From Octopus sinensis (Eukaryota), in contig NC_043010.1 in the NCBI RefSeq assembly GCF_006345805.1, forward strand, positions 30,814,001-30,878,000: a stretch of DNA of 64,000 nucleotides, in the 5' to 3' direction. Position numbers and translations under genes: made by a program. The notes beneath the pieces were generated by a model. That model saw only the letters and a list, made by a program, of their open reading frames with translations, did no database searches and had not been told where the DNA came from. Of this stretch, positions 51,421 through 63,930 are shown one piece after another. Within the stretch, counting starts at the first letter, position 1. Each line of letters opens with the position of its first letter.

Positions 51421-53894
51421 CTAGAGAAAGTGTACGCCAATTGTGTGAAGGCAAAAAAAATTTCGCTCATTAATGCTGTTAATAATGGGTTGGCCGGCTT
51501 TGATGATGAAGAAAATTCATTGATAATAAAGAGCATTTTTTATTTCTACTATTGTATACAGGTGCAGATGTTAGTATTTCCCAATCTAATTTAAAATCTA
51601 TGTTCTTACTCTTGAATTCCCAGATATACGTACTTAACCCCGTAGAGTTCATCCTATTTTTGTTTTTAAAAGTATATCTATGATAGTTTAGCCGTTGTTT
51701 TATACTATTTTTAGTCGCACCAAAGTACACCCTGCTATTATATTGTGTATTTACAGTGCATTGGTAAATCACCTCTCTCCTCAGGCATTTATTACCAAAC
51801 ACACATTGATTCTTGCTTCTGAAATTGCAGCCATTAACAGATTGAGGAGATTTAACCCTAGCAGAAATCCCCGTAGCCCTATTTCTGTTGATATTATTGC
51901 ACTTATTTTCACTACTACCCATGTTTATCTTTCTATCATTATAGAAGCAATCCAATTTCTTGTTGTTGAAGGAGGAGATGATGGTGGCTAGATTATTCGT
52001 GATACTATATCCTATTCTAATAGTTCTATTGTTAATTATTTGGCTAAATTTATTCTTACCCTTAGTAAATAGTCTATATATTACTTTATCTATAGTTCTG
52101 ACTATATCCGTTTTAATCTGCATTGCATATGGTATTATTAGCCATAGTGTATCGTCATCACTATGTGGATTACTCCTCAAGTTGTTATTCTTGGGAAAAA
52201 CTCTATTATTCTTCCAACCCATATGCTTTCTACCCTTAGTATTGTCAATATAATGCCTAGAATTCCCCTTTAGATTGGTTTTATTAGTGACTTTATTGTT
52301 ATTCTTATTCTTCTTATATATTGTTTAGATGAACTCCACTATTACCATAAATATTATCAATGTTACTATGCCTATTGTTAATATCCCTACTCCTAATAGT
52401 TCACCTGTGTTCGAAGGATTATTATTGGGTATATACCAAATTTTATTTTGTAGCCTGCCTTCAGCAATGCGCCGTGTGTATTTTTCACAATGCTTATTGA
52501 ATATGTCCTCGTTTGAGGATAGATAAGAGATTCTCTGACTAATACTTCGTACCAGTGACTTTTTAATTGCTAGAGTAGTTTATATATACTAAGTTAGAAT
52601 TAGGTTTAATATACGGTTCATGCATTCCATTAGTAAGGTTGCAATTGACATCTAAATAATTGGCAGAGTAGTTTTCATTTTCAATAACTATGGATAAGCC
52701 AAAACTTTAAAAAGAATTTATGTAGTCATTTTTTCAGTAATTCTAGCCTCCTATTAGATGTGTTTCTGACTAGAAATAAAGCATCGTCCCTATATAGTCC
52801 GCCCTTTAATTCAGGGAATTCCCTATTAAGGTTATCGAGTAGATGCATCCCCACTAGATCCGTCACTTCCGCTGAATCTTGCGAGCCCATGGTGATGTCA
52901 AATAAATTGGGTGTGTCTTTTCTAGCCCATAGTTTGTTATCAAACTCTATTAATGTTTTTCTAGCTGTTAAGATAACCTTTATCTCCCCCATACTTAAGT
53001 TGGTATGTTTCCTAGCAAAAATTAAAGCCTTATTTAGTATAATAGGGTTAATGGAGGAGTAGTAATTTTGTATATCAAATTGGATAAATTTATTGCTACT
53101 ACTATCACTAACCTGAATTGCAGAGAACCAATCTAATGCACCCTGGGTGTTTTCCCATAGGCTGAGTTTAATCTTGTTACGTATAGTTGGGAAGTATTTG
53201 TCTAGAATAAGTTTACTCAAGTCTGACTTGGTAGGGCAAATCAGTCTGACCTGAGTGTTACCAAGGAAGTTTTCCTTATGGTCTTTAAGTGTAATTCTCG
53301 GTCTCATGGGGGTATAAGGTTCGGTTTTATCTTCCAGATAATAATCAAACATTATATCTCTTATCTCTAAGTTTAGTTCCCTAAGTGTATTGAAAGGTAC
53401 AGTTTTATACTTCTTTGTAATTTCTTTATGCAATAGTTCATGGTATGTGAGAATGTCAATATTATAAATGTTACTAGTTTTATCAGAATGGGTTAAAATA
53501 CCATCCTTACCCTTAAGAGTTCTTATTAGTTCCTTTAACCTCCTCTGGTGTGGGTTATTCCTCAATGGGTGGTTTTTAAATTTTATATTCTTGATGGTGT
53601 CCCATAATTCCTGTTCAAAGTTATCCAGGTGTTTATTTGGTGGTGGAGATTTCCTAGATTTAAATGTGTTGCCAGTTAGTTTGATTATTTCCTCATGGGT
53701 ATTTCCTGTACCATTGCGGGTGGCCTCGTTCCTACATTCTTGGTTTATTTTGCTATCACTGTTTTCTTGGTGGAAAATCTTCCATCTTATCATGTGAATG
53801 AAGTCATTAATTCTATAAATTAGCTCTTGGTGTAGTGGTCCTTAGTAGGGATAGGTACATCCTTCATTGATGAATTGATTAGTATTTTCTCCAT
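51421..53894 (-). pseudogene. Naiad-type RT plus C-terminal GIY-YIG ORF with stops and frameshifts
   Basis: MEKILINSSMKDVPIP start; SDKTSNIY, ITLKDHKENF, FIQFDI, FDITMGSQDSAEVTDLVG and GLYRDD; CN.R...C..G.KCL..VIYQC..YFGAT..KQR..H..STGLSTYIW. Confidence 0.9.
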
Positions 53895-54769
53895 TTTACC
53901 AGCAGTAATGATCTTTCAGAAATAAAGTACTATACTTGGGTGTAAACATACACTGTGTCAGTACTTAGAGTAATGAGTGGATGCTTCAAGTATACAAGCA
54001 TTAGCAATTCATATTCCTCAGAAAGTTAACTATAGTTACAAATTGAGATAGGGGTTGTAAATGCAACCCTCCATGGGATAACATATATCCAATATACTGC
54101 TAGTGAAGTACCCAACAAAGTTAATACATAAATGTTAATGATTGCGATGCAATCAATTCATTTACTGTATTATATGGGCAAAGGTAAAATGATTTACCAC
54201 AAATTACTAATACAAGATAAGAAAATGGAGAAATACATCTAAATCAAATATCAATTACCAGATAATACTCAATCACATACTTTATTAAACCACCACATAA
54301 GAGACTGTAGGGTTAAATATAAAAATCAGTGTACATAAAGGAATGTACATAAAAAAGTGTACATAAAAGAGTAATGTTGTATAATAAGTAGAATATATAT
54401 AAAAGAGAATATAAATATAAGTAAATATAAATATAAGTATAGATTACATCTTACAGCTGTTTACTTATATTTATATTCTCTTTTATATATATTCTACTTA
54501 TTATACAACATTACTCTTTTATGTACACTTTTTTATGTACATTCCTTTATGTACACTGATTTGTTCTGCTTTTTATATTTAACCCTACAGTCTCTTATGT
54601 GGTGGTTTAATAAAGTATGTGATTGAGTATTATCTGATAATTGATATTTGATTTAGATGTATTTCTCCATTTTCTTATCTTGTATATATATATATATATA
54701 CATATATTGTATTAGATATATTATATGCATATTATATGTTCTATATATTTATATATATATTATATACTC

Positions 54770-55181
54770 TTTACTCTTTACTCTTTTACTTGTTTCAGTC
54801 ATTTGACTGCGGCCATGCTGGAGCACCGCCTTTAGTCGAGCAAATCGACCCCGGGACTTATTCTTTGTAAGCCCAGTACTTATTCTATCGGTCTCTTTTG
54901 CCGAACCGCTAAGTGACGGGGACGTAAACACACCAGCATCGGTTGTCAAGCAATGCTAGGAGGACAAACACAGACACACAAACACATACACACATACATA
55001 TATATATATACATATATACGACAGGCTTCTTTCAGTTTCCGTCTACCAAATCCACTCACAAGGCATTGGTCGGCCCGAGGCTATAGCAGAAGACACTTGC
55101 CCAAGATTCCACGCAGTGGGACTGAACCCGGAACCATGTGGTTGGTTAGCAAGCTACTTACCACACAGCCACTCCTGCGCC
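54770..55181 (-). mobile_element. Full-length tRNA-derived SINE (CORE-like family)
   Basis: GGCGCAGGAGTGGCTGTGTGG (A box), GGTTCAGTCCC (B box), (GTAAAAGA)n tail. Confidence 0.93.
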
Positions 55182-55229
55182 TATATTGTATTAGATATAT
55201 ATTATATACATATATATATTATATATATT

Positions 55230-55480
55230 ATCTAGTATATAAAATCCGTTCTGTGTGTGTGTCTTCTAGGTTCTCGGGCATCCTCCATCCGATTGCGCTC
55301 AAATTTGATATGTAGATACCGACGGTATCAGGGCGTGTATAAGTCTTGAAAAAATTACAAAAATCGATTCCAGGTGAGAATTCGATAGATAAAGCCGTGG
55401 GAACGTGCATTTGTACGCGCAAGTACATCAGCTGTTTCGATTGATACTACGCGTACACGAGAAAAATGCACGTGCAGTTT
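55230..55480 (+). mobile_element. Helitron-like 5' fragment
   Basis: TCTAGTATATAAAA..TGTGTGTGTC..CCGATTGCGCTCAAATTTG. Confidence 0.55.
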
Positions 55481-55852
55481 GCGCAAAAAGAGCCGGCTGT
55501 CTTCAAATAATGCCACAAATGTAGTATATTTAAGAGACCAAAAAAGTAAGATGCTAAAGAGATATTTTCTTCAAACTTGGCATGAAGGAAGGAAAGATAG
55601 TTGGTTTCTCAAGAAGTTTTTTTTTGTTTTTGCCTTAACTTCGTTTAACAAAACCAAAAACCCTACGATTGATTTGCAAAATTCAGAAGTGGAGATTTCA
55701 GCCTTGAAGATGAAGATCGAACAAGACGTCCAGTAGAGTTTGATGATAAGCTCCCTGAGGCATTATTTGATGAAAATCCTGCATTATCAGTTGAAGAATT
55801 CATACAACTCTTCATCGTCATCTTCAACTACTTGGAAACCAAAAGAGTTTTA

Positions 55853-57134
55853 TTGGATTGTTCGGAAAGTTCGTGCCGATTTTTAAAAGATAGAAAAAGA
55901 TCAATAAATACTTGCCATTACATTTTTAATTAACTAAATATGAACCATTTTGTTGCACAATGCCTCTCCATCTTTCCTTTAACTTGAAAATACCCTCTTC
56001 CCAGAATTGAGGTGGTTTCATGGCAAAGAATTCATCAAGGTATCTTTTTACGTCATCCAAGGAATTGAAATTTTTACCATTAAGACTATTCTGCAGAGAC
56101 CTGAATAAGTGGAAATCCAAAGGAGCAATATCTGGTGAATATGGAGGGTGGGGTAACATATCCGAGCCGAGCTGCAACAATTTTTGTCTGGTTCCCAAAG
56201 AAACGTGCGGTCTTGCATTATCATGTTGGAAAACAACACCATTCCTGTTGGCCAATTCTGGACGTTTCTCTTGAATTGCTGCTTTTAACTTGCTCAGTTG
56301 TGTGCAGTATTTCTCAGAATTAATTGTCTGGTTACTTGGGAGAAGCTCATAGTACAGAATTCCTTTCCAATCCCACAAGACAGAAAGCAAGACATTTTTA
56401 GGATGAAGACCCGCTTTTGGGGTGGCTAAGGGTGGCTCATGTCGCTTACTCCAGGATCGCTTTCTCTGAACATTTCGGTAGATAATCCATTTCTCATCAC
56501 CTGTCACAATTTTCTTTAAAAAAGCACGTTTTCATTCCATTTATAAAGTGAATCACAGATGGAAATGCGATCCAAAAGGTTCTTCTCACACAACTTATGT
56601 AGTACCCAAATATTGTAGCGATTTGTGTATCCAAGCTTTACCAGGTGCTCATGAACGACAGATTTTGATAGGTTGAAGCTTTCTGCCAATTCTCGGGTTG
56701 TGCAATGTGAGTTATTCTCAATGAATGACATGATTTGGTCATCATCTGTAGTGGATGGTCTGCCTGATCACTCTTTATCAATAAGGCTACAATCTCCAGC
56801 TCGGAACCTTGCGAACCACTTCCGTACAATTCTTTCGGATAAAGAAACATCACCGTAAACTGCGCATATTTCTTTGGTTGCTTGTGAGGCATTTTTCCCT
56901 TTACGGAAAAAGAAAAGCATCAAGTGCCGAAAATGAACTTTCGTTCCTCCATTTTAACGGGTTACAGAATTAACACAGGTTATAGGAATATAAACCTTCT
57001 TCCACGAAAAGATAGCTTAAACTGTGCTCTAAATGGAGGTGTAGTGAAATCCTATTTTAAGGATTCAACCATATTCTAAAATAAGTGGAAAGGTAAGCTA
57101 CTATAAATCGGCACGAACTTTCCGGACAACCCAA
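55853..57134 (-). mobile_element. Full-length mariner B
   Basis: TA TSD; TIRs TTGGATTGTTCGGAAAGTTCGTGCCGATTT / TTGGGTTGTCCGGAAAGTTCGTGCCGATTT. Confidence 0.95.
55926..56952 (-). pseudogene. Mariner DD34D transposase, frameshifted
   Basis: TGDEKW, HDNARPH and YSPDIAPLDFHLF; frameshift near 56515. Confidence 0.93.
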
Positions 57135-57294
57135 TACATTGATGGGATTAAAAAGCTTGTAAATAGATAGAAGGAAGTCATAGATAATCAGGGAAAGTAC
57201 ATTGATGATTAAATTTCAATTAAATACATTTGATCACTTGTTTTCTTTATTCAAAATTCGGACAGAACTTATGGGATGACCTGATTTATATATA

Positions 57295-57330
<36 letters not shown>

Positions 57331-57654
57331 TGTATGTATGTTCTTTCCTGAGCGTCCAATAATAGTTTATTTGTTCCACATCCTTGCGTTGTTGTCTTTT
57401 TGTTTTCTTGTTTGGATTAACTTTATATATATATATATATCGCATTGTGTGTATCCCCCTTTTCTTGCTCATTTACTCATCTGTTTCATCCACCACCTGA
57501 CTCATCAACTTTTCCATTTAATTACCACAATTTAAGTACGCAAACTGCTCTCACTGCCCCACATCTCCCTTAACTCCCAGTCCCCATTATAATCTACTCC
57601 ACTTCCCTTCTCTAATGCTCCTTCTCCTCTTCTCTCATTCCTGCTCCACGTCTC

Positions 57655-58170
57655 TCTCTGTTGTCACCCTCCCCCTGACTTACCTCTTTCCGAAGCTGAG
57701 TATTCCATTTTTAGTAGGGGGCCTATGTTTTTTTAACGTCCACCAGTAAAGGATTCTGAATCCGTGCTGTGGTCGACAGTCTCCGTGCCGAGGTCGACAG
57801 TCTCCGTGACGAGGTCGACAGTCTCCGTGACGAGGTCGACAGTCTCCGTGACGAGGTCGACAGTCTCCGTGACGAGGTCGACAGTCTCCGTGACGAGGTC
57901 GACAGTCTCCGTGCCGCATCAAACTATGCACTTCTTATGATTTCCCACCTCCTGCACCGAATGCCTCCGATTGCTTCACCAGCTTGGCCCACCGACTACC
58001 AAGCCTGTTCAGTACCCTGGATCTATTTACAGAAGCCTGTCACTGTGCAGTTGACTGCTTCGACTTCGGATAGCGTTCCCGACGCACCAGCATTTCCCGG
58101 GCTGAACTCATCGCTGTGACTATGTCGCCATCAAACCGTCTGACAAGGGTGACACAGTGGTGGTGTCGAA
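57655..58170 (+). pseudogene. PLE ORF N-terminal fragment
   Basis: VVTLPPDLPLSEAEYSIFSRGPMF and AIKPSDKGDTVVV (DKG motif). Confidence 0.7.
57771..57917. repeat. 21-bp tandem repeat, 7 copies
   Basis: GGTCGACAGTCTCCGTG(A/C)CGA repeated. Confidence 0.95.
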
Positions 58171-58270
58171 GGTGAGCGACATCTCCGGAACATAGGCTAC
58201 AAGTGGTTGCATAACCAATGTGCATAATTGTGCAAGCGTAAATTTACCTTATCAAAATTCAGGTGGGTTA

Positions 58271-58675
58271 AAGCGGCGAGCTGGCAGAAACGCTAGCACA
58301 CCGGGCGAAATGTTTAGCGACGTTTCGTCTGTCTTTAAATTCCACTGAGGTCGAATATGCTTTTCATCCTTTCGGGGTCGATAAATTAAGTACCAGTTGC
58401 GTGCTGGGGTCGATGTAATCGACTGTCCCCCTCCCTCTCCAAAAATTTCGGGGTTTGTGCCTAGAGTAGAAAAGAATTGTTAGCACGCCAGGCAAAATGC
58501 TTAGCGGCACTTCGTCCGCTTTTACATTCTGAGTTAAAATTCCGCCGAGAACGACTTTGCATTCATCCTTTAAGGGTCGATAAAATAAGTATCATTTGAG
58601 TACTGCAGTCCATGTAATCGACTTTCCACATTCCCTAGAACTTGCTGGCCTGATGTCAAAATTTGAAACCAATAT
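58271..58675 (+). mobile_element. Two tandem Meta-type SINEs
   Basis: 58271-58477 and 58478-58675, each with a CATCCTTT..GGGTCGATAAA core. Confidence 0.88.
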
Positions 58676-58870
58676 TCAGACGCGTTCCTTTACACTCAGA
58701 AATCAAATCGTGAGAGATACGACTTGTTAAATGTTGATAATGTACCAGTCAAGAAATTAGGTTGACATAAAAATCCACTCTGTCCATCCCCTGTAATTTC
58801 AGGTATTTTGTACAGTGAGAAATGAATCAGTTCATTATTGTTAATGCTACTGTTGCTACTGCTTGTGGGT

Positions 58871-58911
<41 letters not shown>

Positions 58912-59103
58912 TGTTGTTGTTGTTGTTGTTGTTGTTGAACTTCTCTTCATCCTCTTCTCCTTCTTCTTCACCCCTCCTCCTTTTCCACTTTCTTTGCCTT
59001 CTTTTCTCCCCCTCTTCATCCTCCTTTCTTTTTTACTTTGTTTGTTTTCCTCTATTCTTTTTTTTTTTTTTTTGCAGAGTGGGATTTACCTCCCCAAAAG
59101 ATA

Positions 59104-59296
59104 ATGGAAGTGAAAGTTGATCGGAGCTGGGCGTGGATGGTTTTGGTTGCTGTGTTTGGTATTCACTTCATTAGTGGCAGCCTTCAATATTCGTCAGGAA
59201 TAATCCGAATAGCTTTGTTACAAAATACTTTTTCTGAAGACAAAGAACTCATAACCTGGATAACTTCGTTATATGCCAGTTTATTTTCTATAACAG
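59104..59296 (+). CDS. First coding exon of an SLC16/monocarboxylate transporter-like MFS gene
   Basis: Poly-T acceptor GCAG (59077), ATG at 59104, MEVKVDRSWAWMVLVAVF... resembling the MCT TM1 DGGWGW motif, TM2 ending ..LFSITG, phase-1 donor AG|GTGCGT at 59296/59297. Confidence 0.82.
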
Positions 59297-59574
59297 GTGC
59301 GTACGTATTTGCAATACCTCCCCTCACCCCTTTCTCTCTCCTCTTATCTGTTGTCTGGGTGGTAAATAAAGAGATCATTATTATTTCATCACCATCATCA
59401 TCATTTTTATCATCGTCATCATTATTATTATATGAGAGAGCAACACATGTCATCAAAAGGACACTGGAGTACATATATACGAATATACGAAATAATACCC
59501 GTCATAACTACTCGTCTAATAAGGGTACATCAGACACATGCCTCACAGCCGTGTGTATATCAAGATAAGAGTGC

Positions 59575-59697
59575 ATGATTTGTTGTTATCATTATCCAGT
59601 AGTCCTATTTTTATCACCTGCTTTCACTGCACTACCGAGCGCAGCTCTGTGTGCCTTGCGTATGTGCTGTGGTTTGTTGTGGCGCTCTTATCTTCAC
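59575..59697 (-). mobile_element. Probable LINE 3' end (R4/Dong-like)
   Basis: Ends in a GATAATGATAACAACAA tail; same strand as the relic at 60548-61560. Confidence 0.35.
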
Positions 59698-59699
59698 TG

Positions 59700-60204
59700 T
59701 ATTCTTTTCTACTCTAGGTACAAGGTCTAAAATTTTGGAGGAAGAGGGGCCAGTCGATTAGATCGATCCCAGTAAGCAACTGGTACGTAATTTATCGACC
59801 CCGAAAGGATGAAAGGCAAAGTCGACCTCGGCGGAATTTGAACTCACAACGTAAAGACAGACGAAATACCACTAAGCAGTTCGCCCGGCGTACTAACGTT
59901 TCTTACTTATTTATTGCTCACAAGGGGCTAAACATAGAGGGGATAAACAAGGACAGGCAAAGAGATTAAGTCGATTACATCGACCCCAGCGCGGAACTGG
60001 TACTTATTTTATCGACCCCGAAAGGATAAAAGGCAAAGTCGACCTCGGCGTAGTTTGAGTTCAGAACGTAACGGCAGACGAAATACCTAATTCTTTACTA
60101 CCCACAAGGGGCTAAACACAGAGGGGACAAACAAGGACAGACGAACGGATTAAGTCGATTACATCGACCCCAGTGCGTAACTGGTACTTATTTAATTGAC
60201 CTCG
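59700..60204 (-). mobile_element. Three stacked Meta-type SINEs
   Basis: Copies at ~59700-59901, 59905-60087 and 60089-60204. Confidence 0.9.
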
Positions 60205-60359
60205 AAAAAAAAACATCCAGACAAATACTTAACAAAAACACCAGGACTTACAAGTATATATAAAAATACAGAAAATTATACTACTTGGCACTGCACACAT
60301 CCTACGTAAAACAGTTGGTTTACAGCTTTTGTTGTTTCTTTTCTTTTTTCTTCATAGTT

Positions 60360-60545
60360 GTTAAGCCCGGCAGAATCGTTAGCACGCTCGATGAACTGCT
60401 TGGCGGCATTTCGCCCATCGCTACGTTCCGAGTTCAAATTCCTCCGCGGTTACTTAGCTTTTCATCTTTTGGGAGTCAATGAATTAAGTACCAGTGAAAC
60501 ACTAGGGTCGATGAAATCAACTTATCTCCTCCCGCAAAATTGTTG
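60360..60545 (+). mobile_element. Old Meta-type SINE
   Basis: GGCAGAATCGTTAGCACG..GTTCAAATTCC..TTTCATCTTTTGGGAGTCAAT. Confidence 0.75.
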
Positions 60546-60547
60546 CC

Positions 60548-61560
60548 CTAGCCCTCTTCATGTATAGACGACCAGTGTCCGCACGTGGATGATGGGCCCC
60601 ATGCATCGTTAGAAGCCTTCTTGACTTCCTGTACATTTCCTTTAGTTCCTCCTCGGTCCACATCAGGAATCCAGCGCCATACCGAAATGCTGGATTCAGC
60701 TTTGAAACCAATATCTTTCTCACTCGCCACAGGTACTCTCTTTTTATCTTTTCCTTCGTGTCATTGTGCTTGATTCTATCTGCCTCAAGTATTCCCAGGT
60801 ATTTATAGCTGGATTGAGGTTAAATTGCCTTCATCATTTCACCACTTGGCAATCTTGTTAGTTTCAGTTATATTTCTCGTCTGGAATAACCCAAGAACCG
60901 AACTATCTTTTCGGTTTCAGCCTTAAACCTTAAACAGTTTTCGGGGCTGCTTGATCCTGGTCTTCTCTAATATATTGGCACAGCGTCCTCATTATGTTTT
61001 GTCGGTCATCATCGTATTCTTGCAATATAGCTCTTCTTATTACTCCTGCTTCATTTGCTGAGAATGCATTTACATTTACACTTTGCACTACTTCTTCACT
61101 GCTGCCTTTCATTTTTCTGTTCTCACTGGGCACGTTATCTGTTGGTGAAGTATTATTTCTATCTTCTACTTTCCTTTTTATCTCTTCTATTTCCATGTCT
61201 GTTAACTACTCTTTTGCTCTTATTGCTCTTGACTGGTTGGCTAACCTTTGCTCATATGTCCCGAAGAGTCTTATCTCATTCCATTTTGCTTTCGTTCGTG
61301 GCCGGAATCCCCTTCTGCTGGGTTCACTCATGATCCAGTATTCAATTACCGTTCAGTTTGCCTCCTTATCCCACCTTCTTCTCTGCCTCTGACAAGCAGT
61401 CTCTGGATGACGACCGGACCTGCGCTGCTCAACCACGGGGCACCTGCTGGGCGAAAGGCTTTCACCTTTGGTTCCAGCCTCATTATCACCATTATTTGAT
61501 ACATTTGATATTAGACATTTTCGCTCAACACTACTTTAAGGTTAACCACCAACCGGTATT
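60548..61560 (-). pseudogene. R4/Dong-like LINE relic with internal deletion
   Basis: LANQSRAI..EIEEIKR N-terminus; YKYLGILE; RKILVSKLN..WTEEEL..RRLLTMHGAHHPRADTGRLYMKR. Confidence 0.8.
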
Positions 61561-62053
61561 TTTATCGTGACAACGTCTCTAGTAAGGTTGTCAACCAAGA
61601 CTGCAGATCTCTGACTATCTTTAAATTGGGCCTATTCCCTTTGCATTTCTGCGTGTAGGGGACCATGATACTGAATTTCACCAGACCGGTGAGCGTCAGT
61701 TGGTCTCGTAGCTTCATCCAAATATTGCTCCGGAGTCAAGTCCCATTCGCGATTCATTCACCTTCATCTCAGGCACAGGAAAAATAAAAGCATGGGCATC
61801 TTGCAATTCTAGCTTTGGAGGATTCGCCTACACGTCTTGCCAGATAGGAAAAATTACTTTTCGTTGGAAGAATTTGAAAATGTGAAAGCATGCTAACGAG
61901 ACCCGGACGAAATGTTGCGCCTAACATCCCGAAATTCATCTAGTAAGAAACCAACACCAAAATTGTGGTATATAAGACTTTAGCAATAAAAAGTAAGAAA
62001 CTAGATCAGGCGACACAGCAACAAACTGAAAAGTACTTCAGATCCATCTAGAG

Positions 62054-62215
62054 CAGGAGTCGGCAACTTTTTTGCCTCCCGGGACCGGATCTAGTATTAA
62101 TGACAGATAGCGGGCCGGATGAAGGCCATAAAAGAATAATTATGGAAAATTACACAAGCTAAAATTTAATCACGAATGTCGACTATACTTAAAAATAATT
62201 TGTGTTAACTACAAA
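62054..62215 (+). mobile_element. hAT (Charlie-like) terminal fragment
   Basis: TCTAGAG followed by CAGGAGTCGGCAACTTTTT..GCGGGCCGGAT. Confidence 0.55.
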
Positions 62216-63930
62216 TGGACCCGAGTGGCAAAAGCACGATGTGGCGACAAAGTCTTAGTTCGGTCTTTGGTGGAGCATAACGGGCACATTACTCGACTCC
62301 AAGCACATTTTTACGGTTTTTTGGCAGCCCTACAATCAGCTGTTCGGAACGAATGGCGGACTAGAAGGAGGGTGGATTTCAGTAGGTACTACAACTGCCT
62401 ATCGTGACTCTCGACAAGAGAGGCGGAGTGTTGCAAAAAGTTGATAACAGTTGCAGAAAAACGAGAAGCAATTTTCTGCTGCATGGGAGAGTGGGGATTG
62501 CCTAGTTTGGCTGGTCTGCCCAATGATCTTTATTGTTATATGCTAGACTTATTTGGAGGCCTCTTGACTGATCTGTCGCAGCAGGCTGCAGAATGGAAGA
62601 ATTTACAGTTCTGTGAGTCGAGGAGAGGTTACTGAGAAACGCCCAAACTGGATGAATTACGCAGATAATTTTCGGCCCATAACTCTGCTAAACGCGGATT
62701 TCAAAATGTTAGCGAAGGTGTTAGGAAAAAAAGTTGCCACTTTTTGACGATGATCTAGTTGATGATGCGCATATATGTACCATCACGACCCGATGAAATG
62801 TTTCGACACACATAGACGATATCAATGTCATAATGACGAACACCAGGTACCTAGAGGTTACCAGCACTGCTCTAAGTGAATACAAAGTAGTAACAGGAGC
62901 AAAAATAACTAAGAAAAGTAAAAAGATCTGCAGTTCTGCACCTGGAGAGGACGCTAAACAGAGGTCTAAAGTAGAGACGAACTAAGACGAGGTGGCGAAT
63001 GCTTATATTACCCCCGTTACATGTTAGCACATGATCGTTGTGTTTTGCCCTACTTCACATCTGTTGTTCTGTTTTTAGAAGAGACACATTCCACAGATCA
63101 GCTCATCTTTTGTTGTCAACACCTTGGTGGAGGACTAGCCACGCCGTGGCTGATGATGCACAGACATGCGCTCATGAAACATCTCTAGCGTTTCCTTCAC
63201 GATAAGTAGGTGTAGTCGTCGTTTGTGAGACTCACCTGTTACAGCTCGTCTATTTGACAGTTACAGTCCTGGCTCAAACATAGACAAAGGCAGAGCGCCC
63301 TGAGCAAGAGCGCCTAGTAGGCTTCACAAAGTCTGCCAATCAGGCAATGCGGTCGGTTGCAGTGCCACTGGAATTCTATAGAGGATTAATGGTGGGCAAA
63401 AGCAATGACGATCTCAGAGAAATTCTATACCGGAGGAATTCCTAGTTGGAACATATGGACCAATGTGATTACCACTTCCCTCGCACCCATGTAGCCTGGA
63501 AGCACAGGTTGGGGTCACGTTGCTAGTTTGAGATGAATTCTGCCAGCAAGGAAGTTCCATCAGCCGGACCTGCCCGAGATGCACTTAGAGTGGCGAAACT
63601 ATTCTCCACGCACTCATCCAGTGCCCGAGCATTGCTTACTTGTGAAGTCATGTCGAACACCTGCTGCTGCATTTTGGATGGATCCAGCTCTTTGTAGAGT
63701 CCAATGACCAGAAAGGAGAAGTATTGTTTATACGTCTAGTGCTCTTTGTGATCGAGATTGTATGGTTGACCAGATTGAAAATGCTATATATATATATATA
63801 TATATACCTTCCTCTTTGGTCAAGCCTACTTAAACACATGAAAAGGAAAGTGATGTAAGAGAGGGAATTATTGCATTTGATCAATTCCGTTGAAAGGTGG
63901 ATGACCGAATGAACAGATCTGCTCTGAGCA
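62215..63930 (+). pseudogene. Highly decayed Tx1-like ORF2 relic
   Basis: GLPNDLY..DLFGGLL and FRPITLLNADFKMLAKVL; homologous to 28418-30688. Confidence 0.7.

Larger units (their letters stand above)
49105..54685 (-). mobile_element. Near full-length Naiad-type Penelope-like element
   Basis: Direct pLTR repeat 49105-49376 vs 54154-54461; inverted pLTR piece 54462-54685; flanked by (TA)n. Confidence 0.88.
55520..57286 (+). mobile_element. Internally deleted mariner A, host of mariner B
   Basis: FAKFRSGDFSLEDEDR..RPVEFD at ~55675-55800; C-terminus IDGIKKLVNR*KEVIDNQGKYIDD resumes at 57137; TIR-like GGACAGAACTTATGGGATGACCTGAT. Confidence 0.75.

Noticed and set aside
51421-53894. Selenocysteine (UGA) recoding as reported for some Naiad elements
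   Set aside because: The linker cysteines use TGC/TGT. The TGA at 52726-52728 is not at a Cys position and is followed by a TAA and frameshifts, consistent with ordinary decay.
57771-57917. CRISPR-like array
   Set aside because: Contiguous repeats without spacers, eukaryotic context, and no cas genes.
59297-59568. C-terminal extension of ORF 59038-59568
   Set aside because: It lies after a good donor site and runs into low-complexity sequence, so it is intron read-through.
61735-61850. HDV-like ribozyme at the 5' end of the R4/Dong relic (minus strand GCGAATGGGAC and GGCGAAT)
   Set aside because: P1, P3 and P1.1 pairings could not be assembled by eye; a covariance-model search would be needed.
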